A DNA stretch of 64,000 nucleotides from Chiloscyllium plagiosum (taxonomy: Eukaryota), in assembly GCF_004010195.1 (NCBI RefSeq), contig NC_057720.1:91736222-91800221 (forward strand). The letters are read 5' to 3'. Of this stretch, positions 38,145 to 51,900 are shown piece by piece; within the stretch, counting starts at the first letter, position 1; each line of letters opens with the position of its first letter. The notes beneath the pieces were generated by a model. It saw only the letters and a program-made list of their open reading frames with translations. It ran no database searches and was not told the DNA's origin. A program made the position numbers and the translations under genes.

Positions 38145-40920
38145 ACAGGCAGGAGGCTGGAAAAATACAGTAAGCCAGGCAGCATCAGGTGGTGAAGAAG
38201 TTGACGTTTTGGGTGTAACTCTTCTTCAGGAATGGGGTTGGTGTTGGGGGAGCTGCAGATAAAGGGGGTGACTGGGACAGGATGATGAAGTGGGAATCAG
38301 TGATGACAGGTAGATGGTACTACCTGGTTGGTTAATGGGAGGAATGAATCTGTTTGGTGGCAGGGAAGAGTGGAAGGGAGGGCGAGGGGTTGGGAAGGGA
38401 GTCTGGGGATGGGAAGGGTGGTTATTTGAAATTGGCAAACTCAATGTTGAGTCCTCCGGGCTGTAGGCTGCCCAGACAGAAGATGAGATGTTGTTCTTTC
38501 AATTTGTGGTTTGGTTCATTGTGGCAATGGAGGAGGCCAGTGATTGTCATGTCAGAAAGGGAGTGGGAAGTGGAATTAAATGGGTGGTGACTGGGAGAAC
38601 CGTTCGGTCCCTCCGGGCCTGGCTGAGATGCTTGGCAAAACGTTCCCTAAGTTTATGTTTGGTCCCACGATGTAGAGAAGACCACATCGGGAGCACCTGA
38701 TGCAGTGAACTAGGTTGAATGAGAGGTAGGTGAACCTCTGTCTCACCTGGAAGGACTGTTTGGGGTTCTGGATGGAGGTGAGGGGTTGGTGTACCAGCAA
38801 GCTTTGCATCTTTTTGGGTTGCAAGGGAAGGTTCCTGGGGGTTTTGGAGGGTTGGTGGGTGAGTGGCACAAACCAAGAATTGTCAAAGGGAATGGTCCTT
38901 GTGGAAGGCAGCCAGCGGTGGGGAGAGGAAGATGTTCTTGGTGGTGTGGTCTAGCTGGAGTTGGTGGAAGTATTTAAGGATGATGTGGTGGATGTGGAGA
39001 TTGGTGGGGTGGTAGGTGAGGACAAGGGGGCTCTGCCTTTATCACGTTTGGAGGGGTTGAGAGCAGTGGAATGGGAAATGGAGGTGGTGCAGTGCATGAC
39101 AGAAGGAGGAATAGCACATTGTTCATAATAGGTGGACATCTGTGATCAGTGGAATGTCTCCTTATCCAAGCAGTTGGGACAGAGGCAGAGAAATTGGGAG
39201 AATGGGATGGAATTCTTGCAGGATACTGAGTTGGAGGAGCTGTAGTCTAGTTAGTTATGGGAGTCTGTGGGTTTGTAGTAAATGTCAGTCTGAAGATTGT
39301 CACTGGAGATAGGAATGGAGAGGTCATTAATGGGGAGGGAGGTGGACCAAGTGAATTTGAGGCCAAGGTGGAAGTTGTGGGTGAAATCGATGAACTGCTC
39401 CAGTTCAGCCTGGATACAGGTCACTGCACCAATCCAGTCATTCATGTAATGGCAGAAGAGTTGGGGCACAGTGCCTGTGTAGGCACTGAAGAGGGACTGT
39501 TCAACATAACCAATAAAGGGGCAGGGGTAGCTGGGGCCCATCCAGGTACTCATAGCCAACCCCTGGATTTAGAGGAAATGGGAGAAGTTAATGGAAAAGT
39601 AGTTGAGGCTGAGGACCAGTTCAGCAAGGCGGAGGAGGGTATTGGTGGAGACTGGATAGGTCTGTTGGAGAGGAGGAAGCAGAGGGCCTGGAGGCCATCC
39701 TTATTGGGTATGGACATATGTAAGGACAGCACACCCATAGTGGAGATAAAGCGCTCAGGGCCGGGGATCTGGATGTTACTGAAGAGATGGAGGGTGTGGT
39801 TGGTGTAGCGGATGTAGGTGGGAAGTGTCTGAACCAAGGAGGAGAGGATGGAGTTGAGGTAGGACGAGATGAGTTCAGTGGGGCAGGAGCACGCTGAGAT
39901 GATGGGTTATCCAGGGTAGATGGGCTTATGGATCTTGGGGAGCAGATAAGACTGGGCATTGCAGGGCTGGGGGAGTATGAGACTGGAGGCAGTGGGGGCA
40001 CTGACATTGCGAGTGATTTTGGCCTGATGGGTCGCGGCACGGTCATGGTCAAGGGGAAAGTAGGTCGTGGTGTTGTAGAGTTGGCATTCAGCCTGTGCGA
40101 CATAACAGTGAGTCCTCCAGACTACCGCTGCCCCACCTTTGTCAGCAGGTTTGATGGTGAACCAGGGGTTGGAGCGGAGAGAGTGGAGTGCTGCATGTTC
40201 GGGAGGGTGTGGCTGGAGAGGGTGAGGGGAGAAATTGAGGCACCTGATGTCACATCAGCAGTCAGCAATGAAGAGGTCTAGGAAGTGTACACAGCTGGAG
40301 GGGGTGACCAAGTGGAGGAGGAAGGTTGGAGGTGGGAGAAGGGGTTCCTCAGAGGGAGGTTGGGAGTTTTTGTTAAAGAAAAAGACACGGAAGTAGAGGT
40401 GGCAGAAGAAGAGCTCCGTGAGGTGGAGGGTGCGGGTTTCGTTGAGGTAGGGTCGGGCGGGAATGACTGTGAGCCCTTTCCTGAGGATAGACCTTTTGGC
40501 CTCAGAGAGTTCGAGGTTTGGGGGATAGTAAATATGGGGCATGGCTCAGGGGTGAGGTTTTCAGAGGGCCCAAGATAGCTGAAGGAGGGGAGGGGGCAAG
40601 GGTGATGGCATGTGGTGAGTGAGGGTTGGTTGTGATGTTGCATGGGGAATGGGTGTGGGAGAGAAAGGAGAGTGGGACGGAGGTGGGTTGTGGAGTGATG
40701 TGGGGGAGTGGGAAGGTGGGGATGAGGTGAAGAGAGAGAAGTGGAGGGAAAGGGTGCACTGTGGGGGTGGATGGGTGAGGAGGGTGAGTGAGTGTGCTGG
40801 CTGGCTGCAGGTAGGACTCAGGGTGACCCTGGGAAATGCAGCCGGAGTCTTACTTGCAGAGTGGATGGGGCCAGAAGTAGAGGCAGATGCTGCAGCGAAG
40901 TCAAGACTGGTCCGAGTGTT
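38145..40920 (-). mobile_element. Penelope-like retroelement (RT + GIY-YIG endonuclease), degenerate
   Basis: Fragments MAMSTWMGPSY..F.GYVEQ, YMNDWIG (degenerate YIDD) and LKFTW...TDIYYKPTDSHN (PLE RT). NLVHCIRCSRCGLLYI and GTKHKLRERFAKHL match a GIY-YIG domain. Confidence 0.88.
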
Positions 40921-40922
40921 TT

Positions 40923-41071
40923 GACCCGGGTTTGATTCCAGCTTCAGGCAACTGTCTGTGTGGAATTTGTACATTCTCCCCGTGTCTGCGTGGGTTTCCT
41001 CTGGGTGCTCTGGTTTCCTCCCACAATCTAAAGACATGCAGGTTAGGTGAATTGGCCATGCTAAATTGCCC
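40923..41071 (+). mobile_element. Truncated HE1/V-SINE-like fragment
   Basis: SINE central domain only, followed by a short Penelope-end-like segment to about 41163. Confidence 0.75.
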
Positions 41072-42523
41072 ATACTGCTGCTCGGATGCTGCCTGAACTG
41101 CTGTACTCTTCCAGCACCACTAATCCAGAATCTGGTTTCCAGCATCTGCAGTCATTGTTTTTACATAGTGATCTGCCAACCAACCCCCTCCTTCTGTCAC
41201 CCTCAATCTCCCCATGCTTACTCTTGATGCCCCTTCGATCCAGCCTGTGCTGCCTTTGGGAGAGGTTGGCCTTCCCTCCATCACCCAGGAATATGGTCAT
41301 CATCCCAGAGCAGTCACACTTTTAACCTGAAGGTCATCCCAGCTGGGGCGGGGGAGAGAAGGTGGCACCTTCATGGTGGTCATACCTGTCATTAATCCAC
41401 TGTAACCTCTGTTGGGGCTGCAAGAGTTCAACTTCCCTCCCTCAGACAGCTCCCTCCCTGGAAGGTAATATTGCTGCCCCTAGTTTTGGGTTAATTAACC
41501 AGTGAAATATGACTATGGGGAGCCAGCATTGGCTGGGCAGGCAGCCACAACTGCTCTAACCCTGGATTCAGAAAATCCCCTTGGAATTGGGCAAGACATT
41601 CGGGAGCACAGTGCCCACTGCCTCTGAAATCCCTCACTTACCGAGAATACACTCTCAGTATTCACCTTTCTCAGCTGCCATCTCAATTTACTATAAACTC
41701 TGTGTCCAATGATCCTGCCCCTCCAGGTACCTGATGAAGGAGCAACGCTCCGAAAGCTTCTACTTCCAAATAAACTGTTTGACTATAACCTGGTGTTGTG
41801 TGCTTTTTAACTTTGGCCATCTACATGAGCTGCCATCTCAGACTGAATCAGCTGAACTGTTTTTCATTCATGTTTTGAGAAGATTAAAGCCTAATCTACA
41901 ATCCCCAGCACAAAGACCATTCTCAATCCAGAGCTAGAGACACAGACCTCAGAGACACCGACAGACAGCACAGAGTAACACACTCGCGCTGAGAGAGACA
42001 TCTACAGGCAACACTAAGTAACACATGCACTCTGAGAAATAGGCAGCACTGAGTAACATGGTCACACTCCATGCTGCGGATAGATCTCTCCGAATGTGGG
42101 TGTGTTACTCAGTGCTGTCTGTAGGTGTCTCTCTGAATAACATACTCACACTCAGAGAGACACGCAGCCGACAATGTCTGTGAATGGCCAAAGATTGTTT
42201 CAGGGGCTACCCAACATGCAGCAGAGATTGCACAGTGCGATCCCATAAACTGGGCCTGGACCAACAGACTGAAGAGGGAATGTGTCAGATTGTATTTATT
42301 GAATCCTAACAGCTTTCAGTTTTTCTTCTTGTTGGAATCTTGTAATTTACATAAATTCCTGATCAAAGGGATTATTTGAAAGGGATGGAAGATTGTAATT
42401 GATGGACAGGTCAAGCAACCAATTGTGACAATGACCTGCTGAACTGCAGCCAATCAACTGAGGGAGGGGGGGGGGAGGTCGTCTATTTCCAAAGCACACA
42501 GAGACAAAGGCTGAATTTTCATC

Positions 42524-42529
42524 TTTATT
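42524..42529 (-). terminator. Polyadenylation signal for cluster 3 C
   Basis: TTTATT on the plus strand, positionally homologous to 12494-12499. Confidence 0.75.
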
Positions 42530-43057
42530 CCCTTTTCCACATTCACACTGACAGGAAAAAAACCCAACTGGAATTAACAGCCCAGACAGAGGAAGCTGCT
42601 CAAATTCACAGCCATAATGGAGTTTGAGGCAAACACTTGTGGAGATTTTCTCAATAGCATGAGAATCCTGTCCCTTTAAACAGTGACAAAACTTTAAATT
42701 GGAATTGGCGGCTGAGCAGGAAGGAGATCTGGTTTACAGAAGCAGAGACTTCTGAGGTTCACATTGTTTTGTACAGCTGACAGTCTTCAGCAATTCAAGA
42801 AATTTTATTTAGCAATGCAAGTCAACCCTGTCCCCACCAAACACTCCCAGACAAGGACAGCATGAGGTTTGACACAGCATAAAGCTCTCTCTACACTGTC
42901 CAAAGACCTGCTTTAACATCCAAACCTCAGAAGTGTCTCTGAGCCAGTCTTGAGAAGGAAGAGAGTTGAAATTCAGTGCTGACAATGACCTTTGTCCTGC
43001 CAGCTCAGCCCTGTTCTATTTAAAGTTGTGTCTCCTCTGTGGACTGTCTTGAACACT

Positions 43058-43386
43058 CTACACGCACTCTGATCTCCTGATGCTCTTGCTGAGGGGAGAG
43101 GGGAGGGTCACGTGGGTGAGGGCACAGGAGAAGCGAGCGTTGGACTCCCAGTCAGACCCAGAAAGGGTCAGCAGGCTGCTGACACTGTAGGTGCTGTCCG
43201 AAGCTCGCAGGTAGTTGCTGGTCTGAACCCCGTCCGAAATGACTGCACCATCCTTCTTCCACTGCACCTCCAGCTCATCGGGATAGAAGTGATTGGCAAG
43301 GCACACCAGGGTGGCAGTGCCCTTGGCATTGACCTGCTCCGGGGAGGGGGGCAGCAGGGTCAGCTTGGGCTGAGAGTTCTCACGGC
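43058..43386 (-). CDS. IGKC: Ig light-chain constant exon, kappa/NS4-type (cluster 3), intact
   Basis: 329-nt exon, acceptor at 43388-43387. The protein is identical to C1 except SKSIRR versus SKSLRR. Confidence 0.96.
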
Positions 43387-45949
43387 CTGAAAGACAAGCA
43401 AAACAATTTTAATCCCTGCCATTTGAAGGGAATTCAACCCTCACAATATTCACTGTCAATACAATCTTTTTGAACATTTTTGGTCAATACAGAATAAACC
43501 CGACAAAAGAACAGACATTGTTCAAATTGCTTCTTGGGATGTGAGTGTCACTGGCAGGGCCAGCATTTATTGCCCATCCCTAATTGCCCCTGAGAGGGTG
43601 ATGGTGAAAGAGAAGGGACAGTTTTAGACCATCGTTTAAGGAATGAATGTGGGAAGCTGGAAGGGCTATCCGGGGGATCATTTCAGTGACAGTGATCAGA
43701 ACTCAGTGAGCTTGAGAGGAGGGATGGAAATGGAGAACCATGGAGCAAGTGTAAAAGTTTTCATTTTATTAAACTGTACAGTGTTTTGGTAAAAGTGGAT
43801 CAGAACCAGCGACATGATGGGAAATCAGTGTCAGGGCAGTGAGAGCCCTCGAAGGATGAGACAGAGATCGTTCAGAATCTGTTCCCACAAAGAGTAAGGG
43901 TGGGACTTCCAGACCAAGACCGAATGAACTAGAGGATTAGGGGTCATGTACTGACATGGATTGGGAACTGTTTGGCGGACAGGACAGGAAGAAGGAGTCT
44001 TTTTCTGAATGACAGGTAGTTACAACTTAGTGTACCACATGTGTCAGTCCTTGGTACCCAGTTATGCATAATATATAATCATAGAGTCATCGAGTTAGAG
44101 AGACCCAAAAGGCCCATCAGCCCATTGTGTCCATACTGGTCAAAAAACAACAATTCAATAATTGCCATACATTTTTCCAGCATGAGGGAATTAGATGCAG
44201 TATGTGTTTAAGAAGGAATTAGATATAGTTCTTCGGATTAAAGGGATCAAAGAATGTGGGGAGAAAGCAGGAACAGGGGACTGTGTTGGATGATCAGCCA
44301 TGATCATATTGATTGGTGGAGCAGGCTTGAGGGGCCGAATGGCCTACTGCTGCTCCTAGTTTGGACGTTTCTATCTTTTTTTCAGACAATGAGGGAATGT
44401 CTCTCATCAATTTGAAGCTGGAAGTCACATGTGTGTGGAGGTGGAAGATGTGGCCATGGTGATTAATGAATGCGGGTCAGGAAGGTGGTTAGGAAGACGC
44501 ATGGGATAAACTGTTTTTTTCTCCTTGATGAAATGAGGCAGCTGGATCAGCAGCATTTATTGCCCATCCCTAATCGCCCAGAGGGCAGTTTAAAGTCAAC
44601 CACATTGTTGAGGGTCTGGAGTCACATGGTAAGGATGGCAGTTTCCTTCCCTAAAGGACATTTGGGAATCAGATGGCGTTTTCCTGACAATCAAAAATGG
44701 TTTCATGGTCGTCATTAGTCTCTTAATTGCAGATTTTGTTTGATTGGATTTGAATGCCACCGTCTGCTGGATTCTAACCCTGGTCCCCAGAACATTATCT
44801 GGATCTCTGGATTAACAGCTCAGCAATAATACCATTAGACCATCACCTCCTTTATATCATTTTTAGTTGACAGTGAATGCAAGGAGTTTGTTTATTCTGG
44901 AACTGTATAAAACCCCAGTTAGAGCACAGTGAGAGAACAGCGTACGGTTCTGATCACCACATTACAGGAAGGATGTGATCCCATGAGAGACCAGGACAGA
45001 GGAGGAGTTTGTCAGGAATGGGAAGTTTTAACTTTGAGGAATGATTGGTTTGGCTGGGACTGTTTTCTTTGGAACACAGGAGGCTGAAGGGAGATTTGAT
45101 CGAGGTGTGTAAATAATGAGGGGCCTGGATAGGGTGTGTAGGAAGGACTGATTTCCATCAGCACAGAGGGCAATAACCATGGGGAGAGATTGAAATGAAT
45201 TGGGGACAGGGGTTGAGGGGAGTTGACAGTAATTGTTTTCACCCAGAGGCTGGTGAGATCTGGGATTCACTGTCTGAAAGGGCGAGAAAGGCAGAAACCC
45301 TCATCACATTGAAAAAAACACTTGGATATTCACTTGAACAGTGAAACCTCCAGAGCTATGGAGCAAGAGCTGGAAAGTGGGATGGAGTTCAATACATCTT
45401 TAACAAACCTCCGATCACCCACAGATCAGGAGAGCTTTATCCGAGAACATTGGAGCAGACTTGGATCTACACAATTCAGGAAAGAGTCACATTGGGTGTC
45501 TGTGTAGAAGGTTCTAGATTATATTTCAAACCTTGCTGCACAACACTGGGCTGACGTCAAGCGTGAGACTGCAAAGAGTCTCAGTGTCCTGGGGTCAGAC
45601 AGGGTCACTGCTCCTAATGACCCCATGCCCCCTGGAAGGTGAGAGTGCGCAGACAATGGGTGAGGATCCGGATCAGGAGACTCAAACCTTAATGAAAGAC
45701 TTGCATTTGTGTAGCACCTGTCCCCAACTCAGGATGCCCCAATGGATCTTTCCAACATTCTGTGCACAGCAAGATCCCAAACACAGTATGATAATTAACA
45801 GAGAAATAGATTTTTAGTGATTTTGACTGTGGGATAAATATTGTCCAGGGACACCGGGGGGGAACTGTGTGCTCTTCATCCAATAGTGTCATGGAATGGC
45901 ATCTTTCACAACTGAAAGACTCCCAGTTTATCCAAAAAAAAATAGTTCC

Positions 45950-48900
45950 TTGAATGTGGAGTTGCAGGCAGGTAGGTTGGGGGGGGGGTGAAGAAATAAT
46001 TTGGTTTGTTTTCCTTTATTGGTCAGTGCATTGAGTATTGGCGTTGGGAGCTGTTGCGGCTGTACAGGACATTGGTTCGGGCACTTTTGGAATACTGTGT
46101 GCAATTCTGATTGCCCTGCTGTAGGAAAAATGTTGTGAATCTTAAAATGGTTCAGAAAAGATTTACAAGGATGTTGCCAAGGTTGGAGGGTTTGAGCGAA
46201 AGGAAGAGGCTGAACAAGCTGAGGCCATTTTCCCTGCAGCATAGCTGGTTGATGGGTGACCGTATAGAGGTTTATAAAATCATGAGGAGCATAGATAGGA
46301 TAAATAGAGAAGATCTTATCTCCAGAGTGGGGGAGTCCAGAACTGGAGGGCAGAGGTTGAAGGTGACAGGGGAAAGATTTAAAAGGGACCCAAGGGACAA
46401 CATTTTCATTCAGAGGATGTTAAATGTGTGGAATGAGCTGCCAGAAGAAGTGGTGAAGGCTGGTACAATTACAACATTTAAAAGGCATGGGTATATAAAT
46501 AGGAAGAGTTTAGAGGGATATGTGCCAAATGCTGGCAAATGGGACGAGATTATTTTTGGATATCTGGTCAGCATGAACGAGTTGGACCGAAGGGTCTGTC
46601 TCTGTGCTGTATATCTCCATGACTCTAATTGTATTTCAATCCAGTCCTTACCACTTCAGGCTCTCCCAAAGACATTTACAGACAGTTTTGTTTGACAAGC
46701 AGTCCCTGTTGCAATGCCAGTAACATGGCAGCCAGTTTCTACACAGCAAGATCCCATTAGAAGCAATGAGATCAAAGAGCAATAATGATGTTGTCTCAAC
46801 AATAAATATTGGTCTGAACTCAACCCAAGGTTAAAGTAATTTGGTTCAGTTGGATGGAAAATGAGAAAATGGAAGGTAAAGGAGAAGGTAGGATTGCTGG
46901 TTAGTGATGGGATTGATTGTTACCAGAAAATAAAAGGAAGGGATGGAATTTTGAATATCAAAGGAAGCCTAAAAGTGCAGGGAAAATCAATAATAGAACA
47001 AACTTCTAGAGTTTGTATCTAAATGCATGAAGCATTCCGAGTAAGGTCGACAAAGTGATGCCACAAATCGAGGTAAATTGAGTTTCCAAAGAATTTAAAC
47101 TAGTTAAAGTGGAGGAGGGTTCAGGAGAGGTTATTCAAGTTTTTAGAAGATGTAATAGGATTGAGAGGATGGAAAGGATCAGAGATCAAACATAAAGCAC
47201 AGCAGATAAGAGGACAATGATGGGAAGGAGGGCAGTCAATGCAGGACTGAGGGTGTTGTACTTAAATACACACAGTATACACAATGAGCTTGTAGTGCAG
47301 ATTGAAACTGGCAGGTATAATGTTGTGGGTATCACAGAGACATGGCTGTAAGGGGATCCGGGCTGGGAACTAAATATCCAAGGATACATGTCCCATCAAA
47401 AGGATAGGCAGATGGTCAGAGGGGGGAAGAGTTGCCTTGTTAGTGTGATATAAAATTAAATCAATAGTAAGAAGTGATAGAGAGTCAGAAGGTGTAGAAT
47501 CTGTGTGGGTAGAGTTGAGGAACCGCAAGAAATAAAGAATCTGATGCAAGGTATGTCCAGGTCTCCAAGCAGTAATCAGGGTATGGGGAAGGAAATCAAT
47601 CAGGAGACAGAAAAGCCAGATACAAAATGTTATGGCAGACTTCAATGGATAGGTGGACTGGGTAGAACGTCTCAAGGAAAGGATTTCATGGAATGTTGAT
47701 GAGGTGAATTTTGGAGCAGCTTGTGGTTGAGCCACTATGAAACAGGCAGGTCTGGATTCAATGATGTGTTTGGAGGCAAACTTGATTAGTGAGTTTAAGG
47801 TGAAAGTATCCCTATGGATACATGACCATAATATGATAGAATTCCCACTGTAGTTTGAGAGGGAGAAGTCAGGGTGTGGGGAATGAATAGGTGGACTGGG
47901 TAGAACGTCTCAAGGAAAGGGTTTCATGGAATGTCTACGAGATGGTTTTTGAAACAGCTTGTTATTGATCATTTGGAACAGGCAGTTTTGGATTCAGTGA
48001 TGTGTAATGAGGCAAAGTTGATCAGTGAGCTGAAGGTGAAAGTATCCCTATGGATAAGTGACCATAATATGATAGAATTCCCACTGTAGTTTGAGAGGGA
48101 GAAGCTGCAATCAGATGGATCAGGATTTCAATTGAGTAAAGGTAACGACAAAGACATGAGGAAGGAGCTGGCCAGAGTTGATTGGAAGGGGAGCCGAGCA
48201 GGTAAGATGGTGGGGCAGCAAACAGCAGAGTTTCTGGGGATAATTCAGGAAGCAGAGCAGGAATTCATCCCAAAAAAGAAGAAACATAATAAGGGGAGGA
48301 CAAGGCAACCATGGCTGATGAGTGAGGTCAAGGACAGCATAAAAGCAAAAGGAAAAGCATCCAATGTGGTGGAGAATAGTGGGAAGCCAGAGGGTTAGGA
48401 AATCTTTAAAAACCTGTGGGGGATAACGAAAAAAGCATTAAGGGTGGAGAAGGTGAAATGTGGGAGTTATCTAGCCAGTAATATAAAAGAAGATTGCAGG
48501 AGTTTTATCATATATATAAAAAGGAAGAGGGAGGCAAAAATAGACTTTTGATCGCTGGAAAATGAGGTTGGAGAAAGGATAATAGGAAATGAAGAAATAG
48601 CCGAAGAATTGAATCGATACTTTTCATCAGTCTGCACCATGGAACACAACAGCAGCATACCAGTACTTCAAGGCTGTCAGGGGGCAGAAGGGAGTGTAGT
48701 GGCCATCACTAAGGAGGAGGTACTGGGGAAGCTGAAAGGTCTCAATGTGGATAACTCACCCAGACTGGATGAACTACACCAGTGTGTTCTGAAGGAGATC
48801 ACTGAGGAGATTGTGGGGACATTGGTGATGATCTTTCAGGAATCTGTGGAGTCAGGGTGTGGAGGTGGGGTGGGGAGGGATTTGGTGGGGGCAAGGGACA

Positions 48901-51900
48901 GGAAAATGGCTCACATAACACCCCTGTTTAAGAAGGGAGGGAGGTAGAAGATGGGACATTGTAGGCCAGTTAGCCTGGATTCGGTTGTTGGTAAGGTTTT
49001 AGACTTCACTTTAAGGGTGAAATTGTAGAGGACTTGGAAGTGCATTGGGAAAATAGGGCTGAGTCAACATGGCTTCATCAAGGGGAGGTCATGCCTGGCA
49101 AATCTGTTAGAATTCTTTGAGGAGGCAATGAGCCAGTCAGACAAAGGAGAGTCAGAGGAAGTAATCTATTTGGATTTCCAGAAAGCATTTGACATACGAT
49201 AAATGCCCATAATGTTAGGGGCAATGTACTGGCATGGACTGAAGACTTGGCATAAATCAAAGAGTGAGGAACAATGGCAGCTGGTGACCGGTTGAGTTCT
49301 GCAATGTTGGGACCATAACTATTCACGTTATACATTAACAATCTGGATGAAGGAAGTGAAGACATTGTTGCTAAGTTTGCAGGTGACATGAGATAGGTGG
49401 AGGGACAGGTAGTGTTGAGGAAGTGGGGAGGCTGTAAAAGGTCCTGGATAGGCTCAGAGAGGGGGCAAAGAAGTGGCAAATAGAATACAATGTGTTACAG
49501 TGTGAGGTTATGCACTTTGGTAGGAAGAAGAGATGCAAAGACTGTTTGCTAAATAAGGAAGACCTTTGGAAATCTAAAGCACAAACGTCATTCAGGTTTC
49601 TCTTCAGATTAACAGGCAGGTCCAGTTTGTGCTTGGGAAGGCAAATGAAATGGTAGCATTCATTTAAATAGGGCCCGGATACAAGAGCAGAGATGTACTG
49701 CTGAAGCTGTGTAAGGCTCTGGTCAGACTGAATTTGGAATATTGTGAGCAGATTTGGGACCCATATTCTATGAAACAATGTGCTGGCATTGAAGGGGTTT
49801 ACAAGAATGATCCTGGGGATGAAGGGCTTGTCATATGAGGCATGGTTGAGGACTCTGGGTCTGTACTCGATGGAGTTTAGAAGGATGAGGAGGGATCTTA
49901 TTGAAATTTACAGAATACTGATCAGCCTGGATAGAATGGATGGGGATAAGGTGTTTCCAAAAACAGGAGAGACTCGGTAACCAAGGCACAGCCTCAGAAT
50001 GAAAGGCCGACCCTTTCGAGCTAAGATGAAGAGGAATTTCTTCAGCCAGAGGGTGGGGAATCTGTGGAACTCATTGCTACAGATGCCAAGCAATTGAGTG
50101 TATTTAAGACAGAGATAGATAGGTTCGTGATTGTTAAGGGGATGGAAGGTTCCTGTGGAGTGGGCAGGAGAATGGGGGTGCGAAGCATATCTGCCAAGAT
50201 CAAATGGCAGAGCAGATTCAATGGGCTGAATGGCTGATTTCTGCTCCTGTTTCTTAAAGTCTTCTGCGAGTTTCCCCAAAACCCTGGAAAACTGAACCCT
50301 GGATTGTGAGCCCTGCTGTAGCAGTTTGGAATCCTGATGGGAATGATGGTTCATCCTGGGCATGCAGCCAGAGCCAAGTCCATGGCACCACAGGGGGCTC
50401 AGCTGTACAGGGGGGCACAAGGAAGACTGGAAGAGCGATAGTGAGAGGAGATTCTAGAGGGAGGGCTATCGATAGGTGTTTCTGCAGCTGCAGATGGGAA
50501 TCCAGGATGGTGTGTTGTCTCCCTGGTGCCAGGGTCAAGGATGTCTCTGAGCAGCTGCAAAGCACCCTGAGGGGAGAGGGGGAACAGGCAGCAGTCGTGG
50601 TCCACATTGGTCTCAGTGATGGAGGGAGAAAAAGGATGTGGTCCTGCAGTCAGAATTTAGGGAGCGTGGAAAGGAATTAGGACCAGGAACTAAAAAGAAG
50701 GAATCTGCGCATTACTTCCAGTGACCGACACAAGTGAGAAGAGGAACAGGTGGATAACACAGGTGACTGTGGGGCTGGAGAGAGGGTCCAGGAGGGAGGG
50801 CTTTAGATTCTTGGGACATTGGGACTGGGTCGGGGGGAGATGGGACTTGGACAGACCAGACAGCGTTGCTCCTGAACAGAGCTGGGACTGAGTTCCTTTG
50901 GGGTGATTTACAGGACTGTGGGAGCCAGGAGGGAATATCAGAGAGGAACACCAATGTCCACGGAATCCTCACCACCCATTGGGAAGGATGTGGAGGAATA
51001 CAAATTCAAGGAATTTACAGAGACTTGCAAATATGATAGAATCGTTATAAATGGGGTGACGGGGTCTTTAATTTCTGAATATAGACTGGGGTAGTAGCAG
51101 TGTAATAGGCAGAGAGGGGCCAGAGTTGTGAGAGTGTGTTCAGGTGAAGTTTCAGGTGGCATCGTGGACAGTGAAGAAGGCTGTGTAAGAGTACAATGGG
51201 ATCTTGACCAACTGGGTCAATGGGCTGAGGAATGGCAGATGGAGTTTAATTCAGATAAATGTGAGTGCTGTATTTTGGTAAGACACAGGAGATGGGTGAG
51301 ATCCTATTTCAGGTCAGTATTTATTGTGGAGAAGGACATGAAAGTGAGGGAATTTGGAAAAATAGTGATGTTTTGAAAAAGTCCACAATACAAATGAGGA
51401 GATGCGAAAGGTCTTAAAACATATAAAGGTAGATAAATCCCTAGGACCTGATCATGTGTATCCCAGAATATTGTGGGAAACTAGGGAAGAGATTGCTGGG
51501 TCCCTTGCTGAGATATGTTTATCATCAACAGCTATAGGTAAGGTGTTGTACCATTATTTCAGAGAGGCTGTAAGGAAAGCCAGGGAACTCTCGACCAATG
51601 AGCCCGATGTCAGTGCTGGGTAAGATGTGGGAGTGGATTCTGAGGGACAGGATTTACATCCATTTGGATAATCAGTGTGGTTTTGTGCATGGGAAATTGT
51701 GTCTCCCCGATTTGATTGAGGAGGTGACAAAGAAGGTTGATGAAGGCCGAACAGTAGACATTGTCTATATGGACTTCAGCAAAGTGTTTGACAAGGTTCC
51801 ACATGATACACTGGTTAGTAAGGTTAGACCACATGGGATCCATTGGGAGCTAGCCATTTGGGTAAAAAAATTAGCTTGAAGATAGGAGAGAGGGAGTGGT

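Noticed and set aside
46111-46695. 194-aa ORF as a host gene
   Set aside because: It is the C-terminal part of a CR1 ORF2; related fragments recur throughout the window.
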